Source: the human T2T-CHM13v2.0 reference genome, Homo sapiens
Reading direction: 5' to 3' (one strand)
Length of the DNA: 64,000 nucleotides
Assembly (NCBI RefSeq): GCF_009914755.1
Contig: NC_060930.1
Below are positions 30,966 to 44,868 of the stretch, in pieces. The notes beneath the pieces were generated by a model. It was not told the DNA's origin. It ran no database searches and saw only the letters and a program-made list of their open reading frames with translations. Each line of letters opens with the position of its first letter. Position 1 is the first letter of the stretch. Position numbers and translations under genes: made by a program.

Positions 30966-33398
30966 TCAACATTTGTCTAAGCACGTCTGTAAATATTCTG
31001 TTACAGGAAGAGGAAGAGTATTGAGCAAATTCTCTTCAACAATCAGACAGCTCTGCTTTAGGGACTGATATCCTTCCAGTTCAGGAGGAAGTGTTTCCAG
31101 GTAATTTCCAATGAACTCCAGATGAGTAAGGTTTGACAGCTGACCCACATGAGGGGACAAATTCATCAAGCTACTTTTCCCCAAAGGTAAACATTGCAGC
31201 TTTTTGCACTGAAACAGCCCATCTGGTAGCATCTCACTGTTGTTGTTGGTTACAGCACAGTACTGCAAATTACTCAGATACTGGATTTCTTCTGGAATGA
31301 AGGTCAAGTGGTTATAGCTTAGATTCAAATAATGTAGTTTGCTGCATAGGAAAAGCTGCTAGGGCAGATTCTCAATATTAATAGGACCCCAAAAGAGCTG
31401 CTCTAGGTTAGATAATGCCCCAGTTTATCCAGGAATGTAAGTAATGTTATTGTGCCATAAGTTTAAGCAGGAAAGATTCTGAAGATGCTGACAGCCAATG
31501 ATCTCTTCCACAGTTTTAAGGTTATTTTCCTTTAGGTCTAACTCATGCAAATTATTCAGGCTGAAAATGGAGTATGGAATGCATTCCAGGTCACAGCTGA
31601 TCAGTTCTAGGCTTTTCTTATTGACCATCATTTTCAAGTTGTTCAGCACAGCCAGTTTGCTTCCCTCATTATCAAGGGACAATTCTTCAGTGAAGGCAAG
31701 AGGTCTGCAATGACTTGTGGGATCTGGGAGAGGCTACTCTGCAAGTAGAGGGTCCTTGGATATTTTAAGTCCTGAAAGCCGTCTAACTGCACAGTACTGA
31801 ACTGTTGAGGGAGAACACAGCCTCCCTGTGTGGGGCAGAAAAGTTTCTCACATAGGGGAAAGATAAGGTTCCTTCAGATTCTTCAGGTGAAATACCCAGC
31901 ATGGGATTTTTCCCATTTCAGGATGCTTCAGGCAGAGGATTTTAAAATTCTGCTCCAAAAAGCCAGTGCAGGATGGTCTACTACCAGAGATGAATGGTCC
32001 ACATCTTTGAGGTTGACCAGCTGTGAGACGGCAGACGGCAGCTTCACCTCCAGGGTCTGCTCCAGGCTTAGCACCTCCATTTCGGTGAACTCAAAGACAT
32101 TTGTCTGGAAGACTGTTGAGCATAAAAAGATGCAGTTCTATCTTGTCTTGGACATTTTCCACAAGCTAATGTTTTTCAGTTTCTCAACTGTCCATTCATT
32201 ACTGAGGTTGATCTGTTTCAGTTTGTTCTCACTGACCTCTGATAGGAATATGGAGAAGCGTCTGGAATAAAAAGGATCATACTGATTAGCCAGATGAAGG
32301 ATGAAGGCAAAGTCATTCTTGACATCAGGGATGTCACTATAGTTGCTTTTTTCTCTTAACACCTCAAAGGAATATTGCTTCATGGATCTCCTCAGCATCC
32401 ACCACAGCCTGTAGGAGGAGGTCAGACTGTAGAGTACATCCAAAATGGTATAAAATGAAGCCAGAAACTTCAAGATTTCTGCGAAGGAATAGACACACTG
32501 GTAGGCTTATATCCTGTAAAAGCCTACATGTCAACTGAACAGTCAATTTAAAGAGTGATGTAGGTTAAAAAATATGGAACATAAGTTATGATGAGCACAA
32601 AATGACTTTGACTATTATCTGCTTCAGATACACACTATAAATGATGTCCTTCTGCTCTACGTGCATGCGGAATCTTCTCACTTTTTCAAAGATGGCTGTG
32701 GCCTCTTGCCCCTCCTTCTTGTCCAGGCCACTGGAAGTTGGGCTTTCTATACCAGCTGACTCCAAAGCCCGCTGCAGGTGGGGCAATGACTGCTTTCTGG
32801 AATCTATGTCAGTTGAACACCCTGAGGACGAAAGCAAAATCTTGGACTCGGAGAGTTTCAGAGGCCTCACTGACTGCTCGGCCACTGTTTCTGACAGGGT
32901 GCAGGTGGTCCGTGGAGAATCGAAGCACTTATAAAGGATGGCCACAAAATGCTCAAGCTTGGAGCTGGTACCTGGGGTAGTGAAGCCATAAGTTGCTGCA
33001 GGCTGCAAAGAACAGTGTGTGCAAGAGCACCAGGTAGGGGAAGAACGTTGCAAACCAATGGAGCTGTTTCTCGTAACAGACAGCGTTGATGTAGGAGTAC
33101 TGCTGTCAGTGGAGGTCGTTCTGGATTCCAAGTGGGATCGGAAACTGATGTCCCGGGATTAGAGGATGTGTTTATGCTGGCTTTCAGGATGTTCCAAGGC
33201 ATGGTGCAATGATTGTCAAATTCCACTTTGTAAGAAGACAGCACAGAACCCTGCTCTGTGTCAGCTGGAGAGCTCCAGCCAGCATGTCCACATGATCAGC
33301 ATGATGTAATACCAGAAGACATCCTACCATGATTTTAAGATGTGATAAGATGACTGGGTGTCTGCTAGTAAACATTTTAGCTCGGTTAGTGTAATCAT
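30966..33398 (-). pseudogene. Processed pseudogene of LRRC8B (VRAC subunit), full-length CDS remnant
   Basis: Starts MITLTELKCL at 33398 and ends LPLPVTEYLQTCLDKC-stop at 30966; internal EKSNYSDIPDVKNDFAFILHL and LRR blocks; TAG at codon 25 (33324-33326) and several frameshifts; continuous across the VTNNN/xEMLP position where LRRC8 genes have their last intron. Confidence 0.93.
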
Positions 33399-35087
33399 GA
33401 CTTTCCCTTGTAGGAGGACAGAAATATAATGAAAAAATATTAAATAAATCAGAAATGCTTCAATCAGGTGATCTATACCTTTTGAAGTTTCTTAGACATA
33501 CCATCTCTGTGTTTGTCTTCATTCCTATGAATGCTGGCCAACTGGAACCCTGCAATTAGTCTCAAATTGAAAAATTTCCTGTCTTTGGCCACAGGGTCAA
33601 TGATGGATGAGGCTAATGAGTGTGGTATTGAAAACACGGGGGTTTCAGTACCTGTGGGCCATCCAGGTAGAGAGGTCCAGCAGGCAGCTGGAAAACAAAC
33701 CGGAGCCCTGTGTGACTCCAGTCCCGGGCCCCAGGCCCACACATTCCCCTCCATTACCAATTTTAAAATTCTGTCTTTAAGTTGTCACTGTGATTGTGAT
33801 TGAATAAAATACTAGGCCTTTACAGAAATTAAGTGGTGGTTTATATCTCCCATTTCCTGTCCACAGGAAGAATTACTAGAAATCCTCTGTTTAGTTGTCT
33901 TTTTGTTTGTTTCTACTGAGCCCATCTTTCAAGGATAAACACAAGGTGCCCGAATGAGTATGTTCCAAAAATTATTTCAGAAAAAAACAGCAAATAAATT
34001 ACAGAAACTTAACTGCACATTATGTTCTTTCCACCCTTTGTTTTTCATCTCTGACCCACTATCTGCATAGGCAAGATTCTTGCCTAGGCAGGAAAAACTA
34101 TGTTTTTTGGATAAGATTCATGAGGCTTTTCCTTGCAGTCCATCTGTTGGGTCCTCTGCCTGAGGGCAGAAAGAGCTGTTCTGCACCATTAATAAAACTG
34201 CTTTCCTCCCTTTCCTATCTTATGAGCTGAACTAAACTTTACAATTCTTTTCTAAAGTAATTTAATACTACTTTTATTTAACGACATATCTTTCTTGATA
34301 GTTGCTGCAAAAGAGACCAACTATTTTCAGGATTGGGGGACAATTTTTCTTTTCTTTTTTTAAACCAACTGAAGAAAGATCTAATTAAAATATGTTTTTG
34401 CATCAAAGGGATTTGAGAATTAGAAAACAAGATAACCCTCAAAATGGAGAGTTCTTTGCCTATATTAAATTTAGTTTAGATTGTGCCTTGGGATGTCTGT
34501 CTGTCTATCTATCCATCCATCCATGTATTTATCTGTCTTGGTCTGATTATTTACTGTTTGAGTCCAATTAGAAAAACAAAGCTCATACTCAGTAACTTAA
34601 TCAAAATAATTTAATATAGGAAACAAATACCAAAAGTGTTAGAAGAGCTAACGGTCAAACAGGGAATGGTAGGACCCTTAGGCAACCCTGAGAAGAGTAA
34701 CAGAAGGAAGCCGCTACCACCTGGAGAGCAGGAAGGGCAAAAGAAAAAGGTGATGAAACCAGAGCTTGGGAGCTAGGGCTTCGCTGTAGCAGCTGGGACC
34801 CTGGGCAGATGCAGCCACTGCAGGGGTCCCACCCGGAGCAGGGAGGACAAGGTAGATACATTCTGATTTCTCCTTTCCTCCCACCCTCCAATGTTCTCTT
34901 TCCTGTTGGCCTCTCCTGGTCTGATGCTTGGAGTCTGGGAGTCTGGGAAGTGTAGTAGTCAAAGTTACTTCTCTGAGTTGGCGGATCAAAAGAAAAGGCA
35001 GTAACACAACTTGGGTTTCTTGGGAAACAGACTATTAGATGGAAATGAGCATGCCTGGGATTTCATTAGAGTATGTTCTTGAGATCA

Positions 35088-35273
35088 GCACCTGTGGAAG
35101 GCAAGACAAGGAATTGGGGTCATACAGAGGATGACTGTGAGCTGCAGTGCTCATTGGGTGTGATGCTCTTTGGAGGCTGTGCACCTGTGGAAGGCAACGC
35201 AAGAAAGTAGGGCTGTGCAGAGGGTGAAGGTGAGCTGCAATGCTCAGTGGATGTGATGCTCATTGGAGGCTAT
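35088..35273. repeat. 93-bp diverged tandem duplication within an old LTR-like element
   Basis: gcacctgtggaaggcaa...gtgagctgca.tgctca.tgg.tgtgatgctc.ttggaggct at 35088 and 35181. Confidence 0.85.
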
Positions 35274-35813
35274 GCCCACTCTACGGACCTTCTTAAACTA
35301 GTGGGAGACCCTCTAGAGTGGTCCAGGAGGGGGCAAGCTGCCCCAGGAAGGAGGAGAGACTTTGGGCAAAGCGGCTGTCTTTAGCTGAGACACTCCCTAT
35401 AGGTGACCACTCCCAGCAGCTGGAGGAGCAGTGGTGCCTTTATCTCTGAAGGGGAGTCCAGGCACCTGACCACAGTGCCCATCACAGGCAGGGAAAGGAT
35501 GTGAAAGCACTGTCTGCACATTGTTGATTTAAAAAAATCATACATTGATGAAATGTAAAAAGTGAAAGTTCAGTTTGCCTTTTTAACTTAATTCTGTTTA
35601 TGATTTACATATTTCCATGTCCCAGCCTGTTGATCTACCTAAATTAAAATATGTATATTTTAAAAGATTTATTGATAAGATAAGAAAATGTTTACAAAAT
35701 AGTATTACATGCAAAAAGATGAAACAAAAATTGTATATAGAATCATTTCTCAGTTATATATGTATATGGGTTTGAGTGTGTAAATGCATTTAAAACAATA
35801 ATAAAAAAAATAG

Positions 35814-36147
<334 letters not shown>

Positions 36148-36209
36148 TTAAAAATGAAATGGAATTTTTTTGGTAGAATAATATGGATTCATGCCTGTTT
36201 CTGTTTTCT

Positions 36210-37140
36210 CTTTTTTCTTTTTCCTTTCAATAAACATACTGTTTGAGAATAGTTCTAGATTTACAGAAAAGCTGTGAAGCTTGTGCAGAGTTCCATATAC
36301 TCCATGCCCAATTCCTCTGTCATTAACATCTTACATTAGTAAGGTCCATTTGTTACAGCTCATGAATCAACAGTGATACATGATTATTAACTAAAGTCCA
36401 TACTTTATTCAGAATTACTTGTTTTTTCCCTAATGTCTTTTTTTGTTTTTTTGTTCCAGTACCCCATCCAGGAATACCACATTACACTGAGTTGTCAGGC
36501 CTCCTTAGGCTTTTCTTGGCGAAGCGTCTCAGACTTTCCTTGTTTTTGATGACCTTGACAGTTTTAAAGAGTATGAGTCATGTATTTTGTGGAATGTCCT
36601 TCAACTGGGATTTGTCTAATGTTTTTCTCATGATTATACTTGACTGACGTATTTTTGGGAAGCACATGACAGATGGTAAAGTGCCATTCTTAACTCATCA
36701 TTTCAAGAGTATCTGCTATTAATGCTATTAATAGGTCTTGTCATTGATGATGTTAACCTTGACTACCCGGCTGAGGTAGTCTTTTTCAGGTTTCTTTGCT
36801 GTAAAGATACTCTTTTTTGTCCCTTTCCATACTGTACCTTTGGTAGAGAGTTACATTCCACCTCCTTGATGGTGGAGTATCTGCATAAATTATTTGGAAT
36901 TCTTCTGAATTGGAAATTTGTTCTCCCCCTTATATTTATTTATTCAGTCTTTTTCAGTATGGAGTCATTAATGTCTATTTTATACTTTGAATTATAAACC
37001 AGTACTCTGTTTTTCATGTTTTTGCTTAACTTGTTCCAGCCATGGCCACTTGGCAGTTAATTTCTGTGACCCTTTGACGTGTGTGTGTTTGTAAGTGTTT
37101 AGCACTTCCTTACTTTCTGGCCCTACAGGATGTTCCAGGC
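36210..37140 (-). mobile_element. Old L1M 3' end remnant
   Basis: tagatttacagaaaagctg...ttattaactaaagtccatactttattcaga...gatgaccttgacagtttt typical of L1MC-type 3'UTR. Confidence 0.7.
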
Positions 37141-39513
37141 TTTTAGGTTCTCTTGACTTGTTTTTTTTTTTCCTTACAGATTTCTTAATATTATATAACC
37201 ATAAAACTAGTGTGTATAATCAAAAGTCAGTTTCTCCACCCTGCAAATTAGGAGTGGACTTACATAAACCTTTGTGCCTGAACTCTGTGCATTTCCCAGA
37301 GGTGGGCATCACACCACCCATGCCTCCATTGCACTATATGTGTGGATTAGTTTTCAGACATCTCCCTTTCTCCAATGAAGTGATAAATAACCAGGTTATT
37401 CCCTCAGAATGAAGCTGGCCAGATGTGCACTTTACCTTGGGAATGATTTAGGCATAAGATCTGGGAGAAGGAGAAAGGCAAGCATGCTTCCTCAGGTGGG
37501 CAGGGAGCCATCTTGGTTTGTGTGACCAACTTGATAAATTCATCTCTGTTCAGCACCTGGTCATCAGCTCTGTAAACTCAAAAATCTCTCATAGTTTTTG
37601 GTGTGTCAGGAGTCCACGAAAGGCTTGACTGGACCTGTGTGAATCAGGGTCTTTCATGCAGCTGCAGTTAGATGGTGACTTAGAGTTGGAACAGCAAGGG
37701 CTGGGGCATTTAGGGGCTGGCCAGGCATCTTTCTGTCTCTTCTTGCAGTCTTAGGGCCTCCCCATGTGGTCTCTGTGCACGGAATGGTTGGGATTCCTCA
37801 TAGCATGGTGGCCTCCGTGTAAGGGTAACTGCTTACATGGAGGCTGAAGGCTTTAAGAGCAAGTATTCCAGTGATGGGTCTACATAAGTTTAAAATAATT
37901 GGATAGTATTTTATGTTGTTTGGATTTACCAAATTATATTTGCTCCATGATTTATAAACAGAAATTTAGGTTATTTGCAAGTTTTTGCAATTCCAAACAC
38001 TGCTACAATAAATATCTCTGTGTGCATATCTTTGTGTGCTTATGTGATTATTTCTAGCAGATAATAGAAATGGAATTGCAAGAGTGGTAAATATGCACAC
38101 TTTGAATTTAGGTAGATTCATTGAAATGACCTTTTAGAAAGGAACTTACACTTCTGTGAAGGCAGTGTGAAAGAATCTATTTCTCCTTATGTGCTTGTCA
38201 GAGCTTGTGATTATCAGTCTTTTTAATGTTTGTTCATTTTGTTGGGTAGGAAAGGGACTCATTGATTTGTAGTTCTTTGATTTTTTTTAATGAAAATGAA
38301 TGTTTTATATTTTTATTAGCTATTTTCTTTAAATAGTTGGTTTATTACTTTTGGTATTTTTAAAAATTGGATTTTTTTTCTACTTGATTTTTATACCCTA
38401 TTATCTATTGTCATGTACCAAAAATGTCTTATCCTTGTTCCCCCATCCCAATGTGGTGGATTTTTGTTTTTTTGGCTTTACAGGAATTTCCAATTTTTAT
38501 GAACTCAAATGTATCAACTTTTCCATTATCATTTTTGGATTTTGTGTCATACTTGTAAAGCAAAATTGTAAAAATATTTGCTCATCTTTTCTTCTGGTGA
38601 TTTTATTTTATACCTTTAAACATTTGCTCCATTTGCCATTGTATTTTGTTATCAGGAAAGAGAGAGAAATTTTGTTTACTAAGCACTTCAAGATCTTTTT
38701 TCTCAATAGATTGCTTTTCTTAAGATGCTGAAGTAAATCAGTACAATAGATAAAGACCACAAAAACAGCATTTTGCGACAGTGACAGTCCTACTGAAGAC
38801 AGGAGACAGTTAAAACCATCAGACCAAGAACAGAGGAGTGGATATTTAATAATTCTATGATTACTTCTGGGGGTTAACTATCTGTGAATCTAAATAGAAG
38901 TTCCAGTGGCTGGAGGCTGTATCTGAGGAGGGACCCTTTAGCCTTTTAAAGAGTGATTCTGCTGTGCAGTTGAGGTGTTTTCTGTCACTCTCCTTATTGA
39001 TGAAATGCTTGTGTCTCAAGATACAATGACGGTCTACAAGTCATGGAGTGAAGGTGAACATGAAAGCTCAATGAAACCATTACTTTATACTATGAGATGG
39101 ATGTTTTATTCTTTGACCTTTAACTTCAGAGAGAAATGACCTGTGAAAGCACTTGGTGAGATCTTAGTAAAGAAGTGATTTGCCCACTGAGGCAGAAGTT
39201 ATAGGTGCTGGTTAAATTTTATCTTTTTCTTTGAAAATGTTTGGTACTTATTGAAACAAAAATGAATGAGCATGACAGAAGAGGAGAATAATTGCCCTAG
39301 AAATATCAGCTGTCTGGAGGGCTTGCAGAAACCCAGGAAAGATTTCAAATATAAAGGGCCTGCTGCAGGTGAGTTTCTGGCCCCTTTTCTGCTTTGCCTG
39401 GGGAAGTAAGGCTCCTGGGCTGGTGTTACAGGAGCATCTCAAGACAAGCTTCTCATTCTAATAGCCTGTGTTCAACCAAGAATCTTATGCATGTACATAT
39501 TTGAGGTAATAGT

Positions 39514-39842
39514 CTTTTTTTTTTTTTTTTCTGAGATGGAGTCTCACTCTGTCGCCCACGCTGGAGTGCAGTGGCGTGATCTCAGCCCATTGCAACCTCC
39601 GCCTCCTGGGTTCAAGCAGTTCTCCTGCCTTAGGCCCCTGAGTTGCTAGGATTACAGGCGTGTGCCACTACGCCCAGCTAATTTTTTTTTTGTATTTTTA
39701 GTAGAGACGGGGTTTCACCATTTTAGTAGAGACGGGGTTTCACCATGTTGGCCAGGCTGGTCTCGAACTCCTGACTTCGTGATCTGCCCTCCTTGGCCTC
39801 CCAAAGAGCTGGGATTACAGGCGTGAGCCACCGCGCCCAGCT
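39514..39842 (-). mobile_element. Alu (AluS-like) with internal 25-bp tandem duplication
   Basis: ttttagtagagacggggtttcacca twice (39696-39745); TSD tgaggtaatagtcttt. Confidence 0.92.
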
Positions 39843-40524
39843 GAGGTAATAGTCTTTAAGAGAAGAGGGTACAGGATGTAGGGTCAGGGGTTATTCAAAT
39901 AAAGGTATGATTAGTTTCCAGAGAGAAGTAAATTTGTAGACATTTTACATTTATTAGGGACCATAGAAAATATTTAGTCCAACTCTTTTTGTTTATTGAT
40001 AAAGGGACATAAATAATGTAACTTTCTCAAGATCACAAAGCTCCAAAAGTAATACATGTCTTAATTCAGATATGAAACCATTGAGAGTTACTGGTCTCTT
40101 TGTGATTATGGTCACGATTTCACCAAACTTATATTTTTAATTGAATATGGCTGGAATTTTAATGTGTAATTTACTTACAGTTTAAGTGGTAAAATATGAA
40201 TCATTCCTGCTTTCTTAAGCCAGTCTTTTAATTTGATGTTTCATTTTAACCTTTCCTTCTAAAAAAATTATTTTGTCAATTGTCATTACCAGCTCCCATG
40301 AGTTACTGATAGGAGTTTTCTTTGAGTCTGTTCTTCAAATGCTTATTTATCAGGATAATTAATTAAAAAGAGGAATGATGTAATGATTATTTGCTTAAAT
40401 ATCAGGCGTACTAAAATATCTTTTTCTGGATTACTAATTTTAGTTTGGAGAAGAATCTGATAGTTTTATTTTCCCAAGATACTAGTCCAACCAAATCTAT
40501 ACTATGTTTATCTAAAATAATTGT

Positions 40525-40772
40525 TTATTTTTATTTTTATTATTTTTTTCTTCAACTTCTATTTTAAATTCAGTGGTACATGTGCAGAATGTGCAGGTTT
40601 GTTTCATAGGTGAACATGTGCCATGGTGGTTTCCCGTACAGATCATCCCATCACCCAGGTATTAAGCCCAGCATCCATTAGCTATTCTTCCTGATGCTTT
40701 CCCTCCCTGCACCCCTGACAGGCCCAGTGTGTGTTGTTCCCCCCTCATGTGTCCATGTGTTCTCATCATTTA
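40525..40772 (-). mobile_element. Short L1PA 3' end fragment
   Basis: ggtacatgtgcagaatgtgcaggtttgtt...catcacccaggtattaagcccagcatccattagct; flanks aaaataattgttt/aaagtaattgttt. Confidence 0.85.
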
Positions 40773-41060
40773 AAGTAATTGTTTTGAGCTGCAATTTTCT
40801 ATTACCAGTGACTCCTAACATTATATTAGATTTAGGGGATTGTGTTCTCTTTCATGTACATCATATCATACTTGAAAATTAAAAAAATATACTTGTGATT
40901 ATCTTAATTTTTCATTTAAAGAAAGGTTAAAGGCCCAGATCCCCTAAGTGACATATGGGGACCACTTAAGGATTTCCATTTCGTGTCGTAATTGTAAAAC
41001 TTCTCAACCTTCTCTGACTTTATTTCTCTTGTCTTCTGTTCTTTTAAAAGAAAGATGTGA

Positions 41061-41528
<468 letters not shown>

Positions 41529-42160
41529 TAAACTCAGCCTGCTACTGATTTTCCCCACTTACCAAATAATAGAAGAACTTGGCGTTTTTTTAAATGCACG
41601 AGATTCATGACACTGACACAAATTAGAAGCAAGTACTGTTTGACATGATGGCATACGTCCAGCAATTTCATTAATCATTATTGTAAAAAAATGGGTTGAT
41701 GGTGGATTCTTGGAAAGTCAAACAAAATTGCTGTGATAAGTCTTTGAAGCATGTTTTTGTGGACTCCTGTCTTAACATTACTCATTTTAAAGCCAATATT
41801 CTTCCTTTTATGTTTATGGAAAGTGCGGTACTGGCATCCATAGGGCAGAGATTGTTTTTATCCATAGAAGCAGGAATCCCTTTTTAGGGAAAGTGCTTGT
41901 GACCTTAGCTTGCTTAGAGCTCATGCAGAGAGGTCCTAGACGTGCTTTAGCAGCTGGGCTTGAGCAGGTAGTGACAAGTACTACCTTATGTGTGGATCTG
42001 TGCAGAGGCAAAGGAAACCAGTAGGGTTCCCCTCTGTTATGTTGCCATTAGCCTACTGATTGCTTCTTGTCAATCTTTACAAGCAGTGGTTTGGTAATAA
42101 ATGACCTTGTCCACCAAGAACAAGAGTGAGTTTTCTAGCTTATTTGGGGTTCCTGTTGTC

Positions 42161-42162
<2 letters not shown>

Positions 42163-42201
<39 letters not shown>
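42163..42201. repeat. (TG)n microsatellite
   Basis: Pure TG run of about 19 units. Confidence 0.95.
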
Positions 42202-42203
<2 letters not shown>

Positions 42204-42231
42204 TTTGATAAATTACTTAAAAGTTTATAAA

Positions 42232-42557
42232 GGCCAGACACGATGGCTCATGCCTGTAATCCCAGCACTTTGGGAGGCCAAGGCGGGCAGATCACCTGAG
42301 GTCAGGAGTTTGAGACCATCCTGGCCAACATGGTGAAACCCCGTCTCTACTAAAAATACAAAACTTAGCCGGGTGTGGTGGCGCATGCCTGTAGTCCCAG
42401 CCACTCGGGAGGCTGAAGCAGGAGAATCGTTTGAACCTGGGAGGCGGAGGTTGCAGTGAGCTCTCATCACTGTACTCCAGCCTGGGTGACAGTGTGAGAC
42501 TCTGTCTCAAAAAAAAAAAAAAAAAAAACCCAACCAGCCAACCAAACAAACAAACCA
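42232..42557 (+). mobile_element. Alu (AluSx-like)
   Basis: Sense dimer; TSD aaagtttataaa. Confidence 0.92.
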
Positions 42558-42999
42558 AAGTTTATAAAATAACTCTTCCATTACTTCTTTACTACTTCCC
42601 CTTCCTTCTATCATTGTCATTTTCAACCTATGCCAGCTGTAAGTTGATAGGTATTCCTATAATGATTTCTGTGAATCTTGAAACCTGTTAATGAGATAAT
42701 AAATATTACTATTCCCATAATTGCCAAGCTGACATAATTATGAGGATGTAGGGCATTCTGCTCTAAGACAATTATCATAGTAGATGTTCCCAGGCATCAC
42801 ATAGGCAGGCATTAATATTTAATCTTTAGTGTCTTCTACCATGTCTCTTTTGCTCTTAAATCATTGAGTTAATTTTATTCATTTTATTTTTCATTTCTAG
42901 AAATTTTATTTTTTTACTTTCTAGATCTTTTTTAAAATAATATACTGTTTTCTGTTACTATTATCTATCTTGCCTTATTTCTTATTTTGAACAGTATTT

Positions 43000-44050
43000 G
43001 AATAAATGACAATTCAAGAACTCATGAAAGACACCAATCTTTAGATACAGGTAGCTTATTGAATCTTAAGTAGAATAGATAAAATAAATATATGTTGACA
43101 ACAGAATAACATTGTAGAACACAAAGTTGAAAATAAAAAAGTTTAAAGCTATTAGAGAAAATAAGACAGATTCACTTCAAAAGGATGATAGTCTGATGAC
43201 TGGATTCTCAGTGGTGATGATTAAAGCATAAGGTAGTGTAATGATATCATCACTGTGCCAAAAGAAAATAATTGCCAAACTGGAATTTGCATATCCAGTA
43301 GAAATATCTTTCAAAAACAAGAATAAACCAAAGACATGTGCAGACTAACGAATACTGAGAGAGTCTGCTATCAGGAAGAATCTAAAAGATGTACTTTAGG
43401 CTGATGATTCCAGATGAAAGCTGAGAAGAAAAAATGCATAAAGAAAGTGGTAAATATTTGGTAAGTTTAAATGAACTTATAAAACAATGATGTCTAAAGG
43501 GGTTTACAAGTTAGATAGTAATATTAAAAGAAAAGTCTGAAAAGCTATAATCTAAGCATCCATATTAACAGTAAGAAAAAAAAAAACCCGAAACCCAGAA
43601 CATTAAGCCTAGATATGGAAGGAAAGAAAAATAAGAGTAAGACCAGAAATTAATAAAATAACAATAAGCATACAAAAGAAAAGATAAGATTACTCCTGGT
43701 TAGCCTGATTAAGTAAAAAACAGACAAAAAAGGGTGGCAGTACAAATCATATCAAGAATGAAAAAGAACACAAATAGAGATGCTGCAGGCATTGAAAGTA
43801 TAACAAAGGGTTATTATAAACAACTTTATAACCATATGTTTGAAAAGGTAGGTGAAATGAAAAATTACAAGAAAAAATACAACTTATCAAAATTACTCAA
43901 GAACAATTAGAAAATCTAAGTAATTCTCTAGCCCATGAAGAGATTGAACCACAAATTAATAAACTTCTTACACAGATTTTTCTAGGCCCAGATATGTTCT
44001 CCACTGAGTTCTTCTAAACCTCCAAGGAGAAACGAACTCTAATCTTACCA
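43000..44050 (+). mobile_element. Old L1M fragments (ORF1 end and ORF2)
   Basis: A-rich; aaaataattgccaaactggaattt..atatccagtagaaatatctttcaaaaa; ctaggcccagat...tgagttcttctaaacctccaaggaga. Confidence 0.65.
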
Positions 44051-44781
44051 TCCTTACAGCCTAGTTTATGAAGTTAGCATGGCCTTTCACTTGAAGATCT
44101 TTTTACTGTCGTTGTCCTGGAATTTTGCAGTGATGTGAATCGGTATGAGCCTTCTTCTATGATTTATTATTTTGGATACTTGATATTAGGACTCTTTGAT
44201 GTGAAGTTTTGTATATGTCTTTTTGAATCCCATTGAATATACTTAATAAGATGTCTTTTTATTTCTATTTTTTTTTTCTATTCCCCTCTCCCCTTTACCG
44301 TTCTGTGTTGATCTTAGACTTTTGTCTTAGGCTTACCTCCAATGACTGGTGAATCATGGTGGTTCATTTATATTTAAGGATGAGAGATTAGGTAGATTTC
44401 ATGGAGCTTTGAGTATTCAGGCAGAATTTGTTTATTGAAGTTTGCTTAAGGTAAATAGGCAGAGAAGGAGCTTACTGTTATGCTGAGAACCCCTAAAATG
44501 CCAGAATGAGGAAGAGTTTACTCTGGGTCACTAATACCCACATTAGTCCTGTGGTTGTCCTGTGTACTGATTCCAAAAGTACATGGGTCCATTGGAGAAA
44601 CTTTGGAAAATAAATATAAACACTAAGAAGATGACAAAATAACTTGTAAGCCCATCCATCAAGTGTAGATTTATGTATAACCAAAAATTGGGACCATATT
44701 ACCCATTCTGTTTTATCATCTGTTCTTTATACCCAATAATGTGTCATTTTTCCATGTCAATTAAATATTCTTCTAAATCAT

Positions 44782-44868
44782 GGCTGTATAACAGTTATAT
44801 ACAGCCATATATACAGTTATATACAGTTATATACAGTTATATACAGAAGGCTGTATAACAGTTATATA
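44782..44868. repeat. (ATACAGTTAT)n-like short tandem array
   Basis: Repeated atacagttat units bracketed by two ggctgtataacagttatat copies. Confidence 0.8.

Noticed and set aside
30966-31328. Open 120-codon LRR frame as a functional mini-protein
   Set aside because: Terminal fragment of the LRRC8B pseudogene, starts at TTG, preceded by many disablements, no promoter evident
38351-38731. 126-aa hydrophobic ORF as a membrane protein
   Set aside because: T-rich antisense L1-like sequence yields Phe/Leu/Ile-rich frames by composition; non-ATG start
39301-39375. Cryptic exon ending at strong donor CAG|GTGAGT (39369)
   Set aside because: Nearest upstream AG lacks a pyrimidine tract; isolated consensus donors are expected by chance in a 39-kb intron
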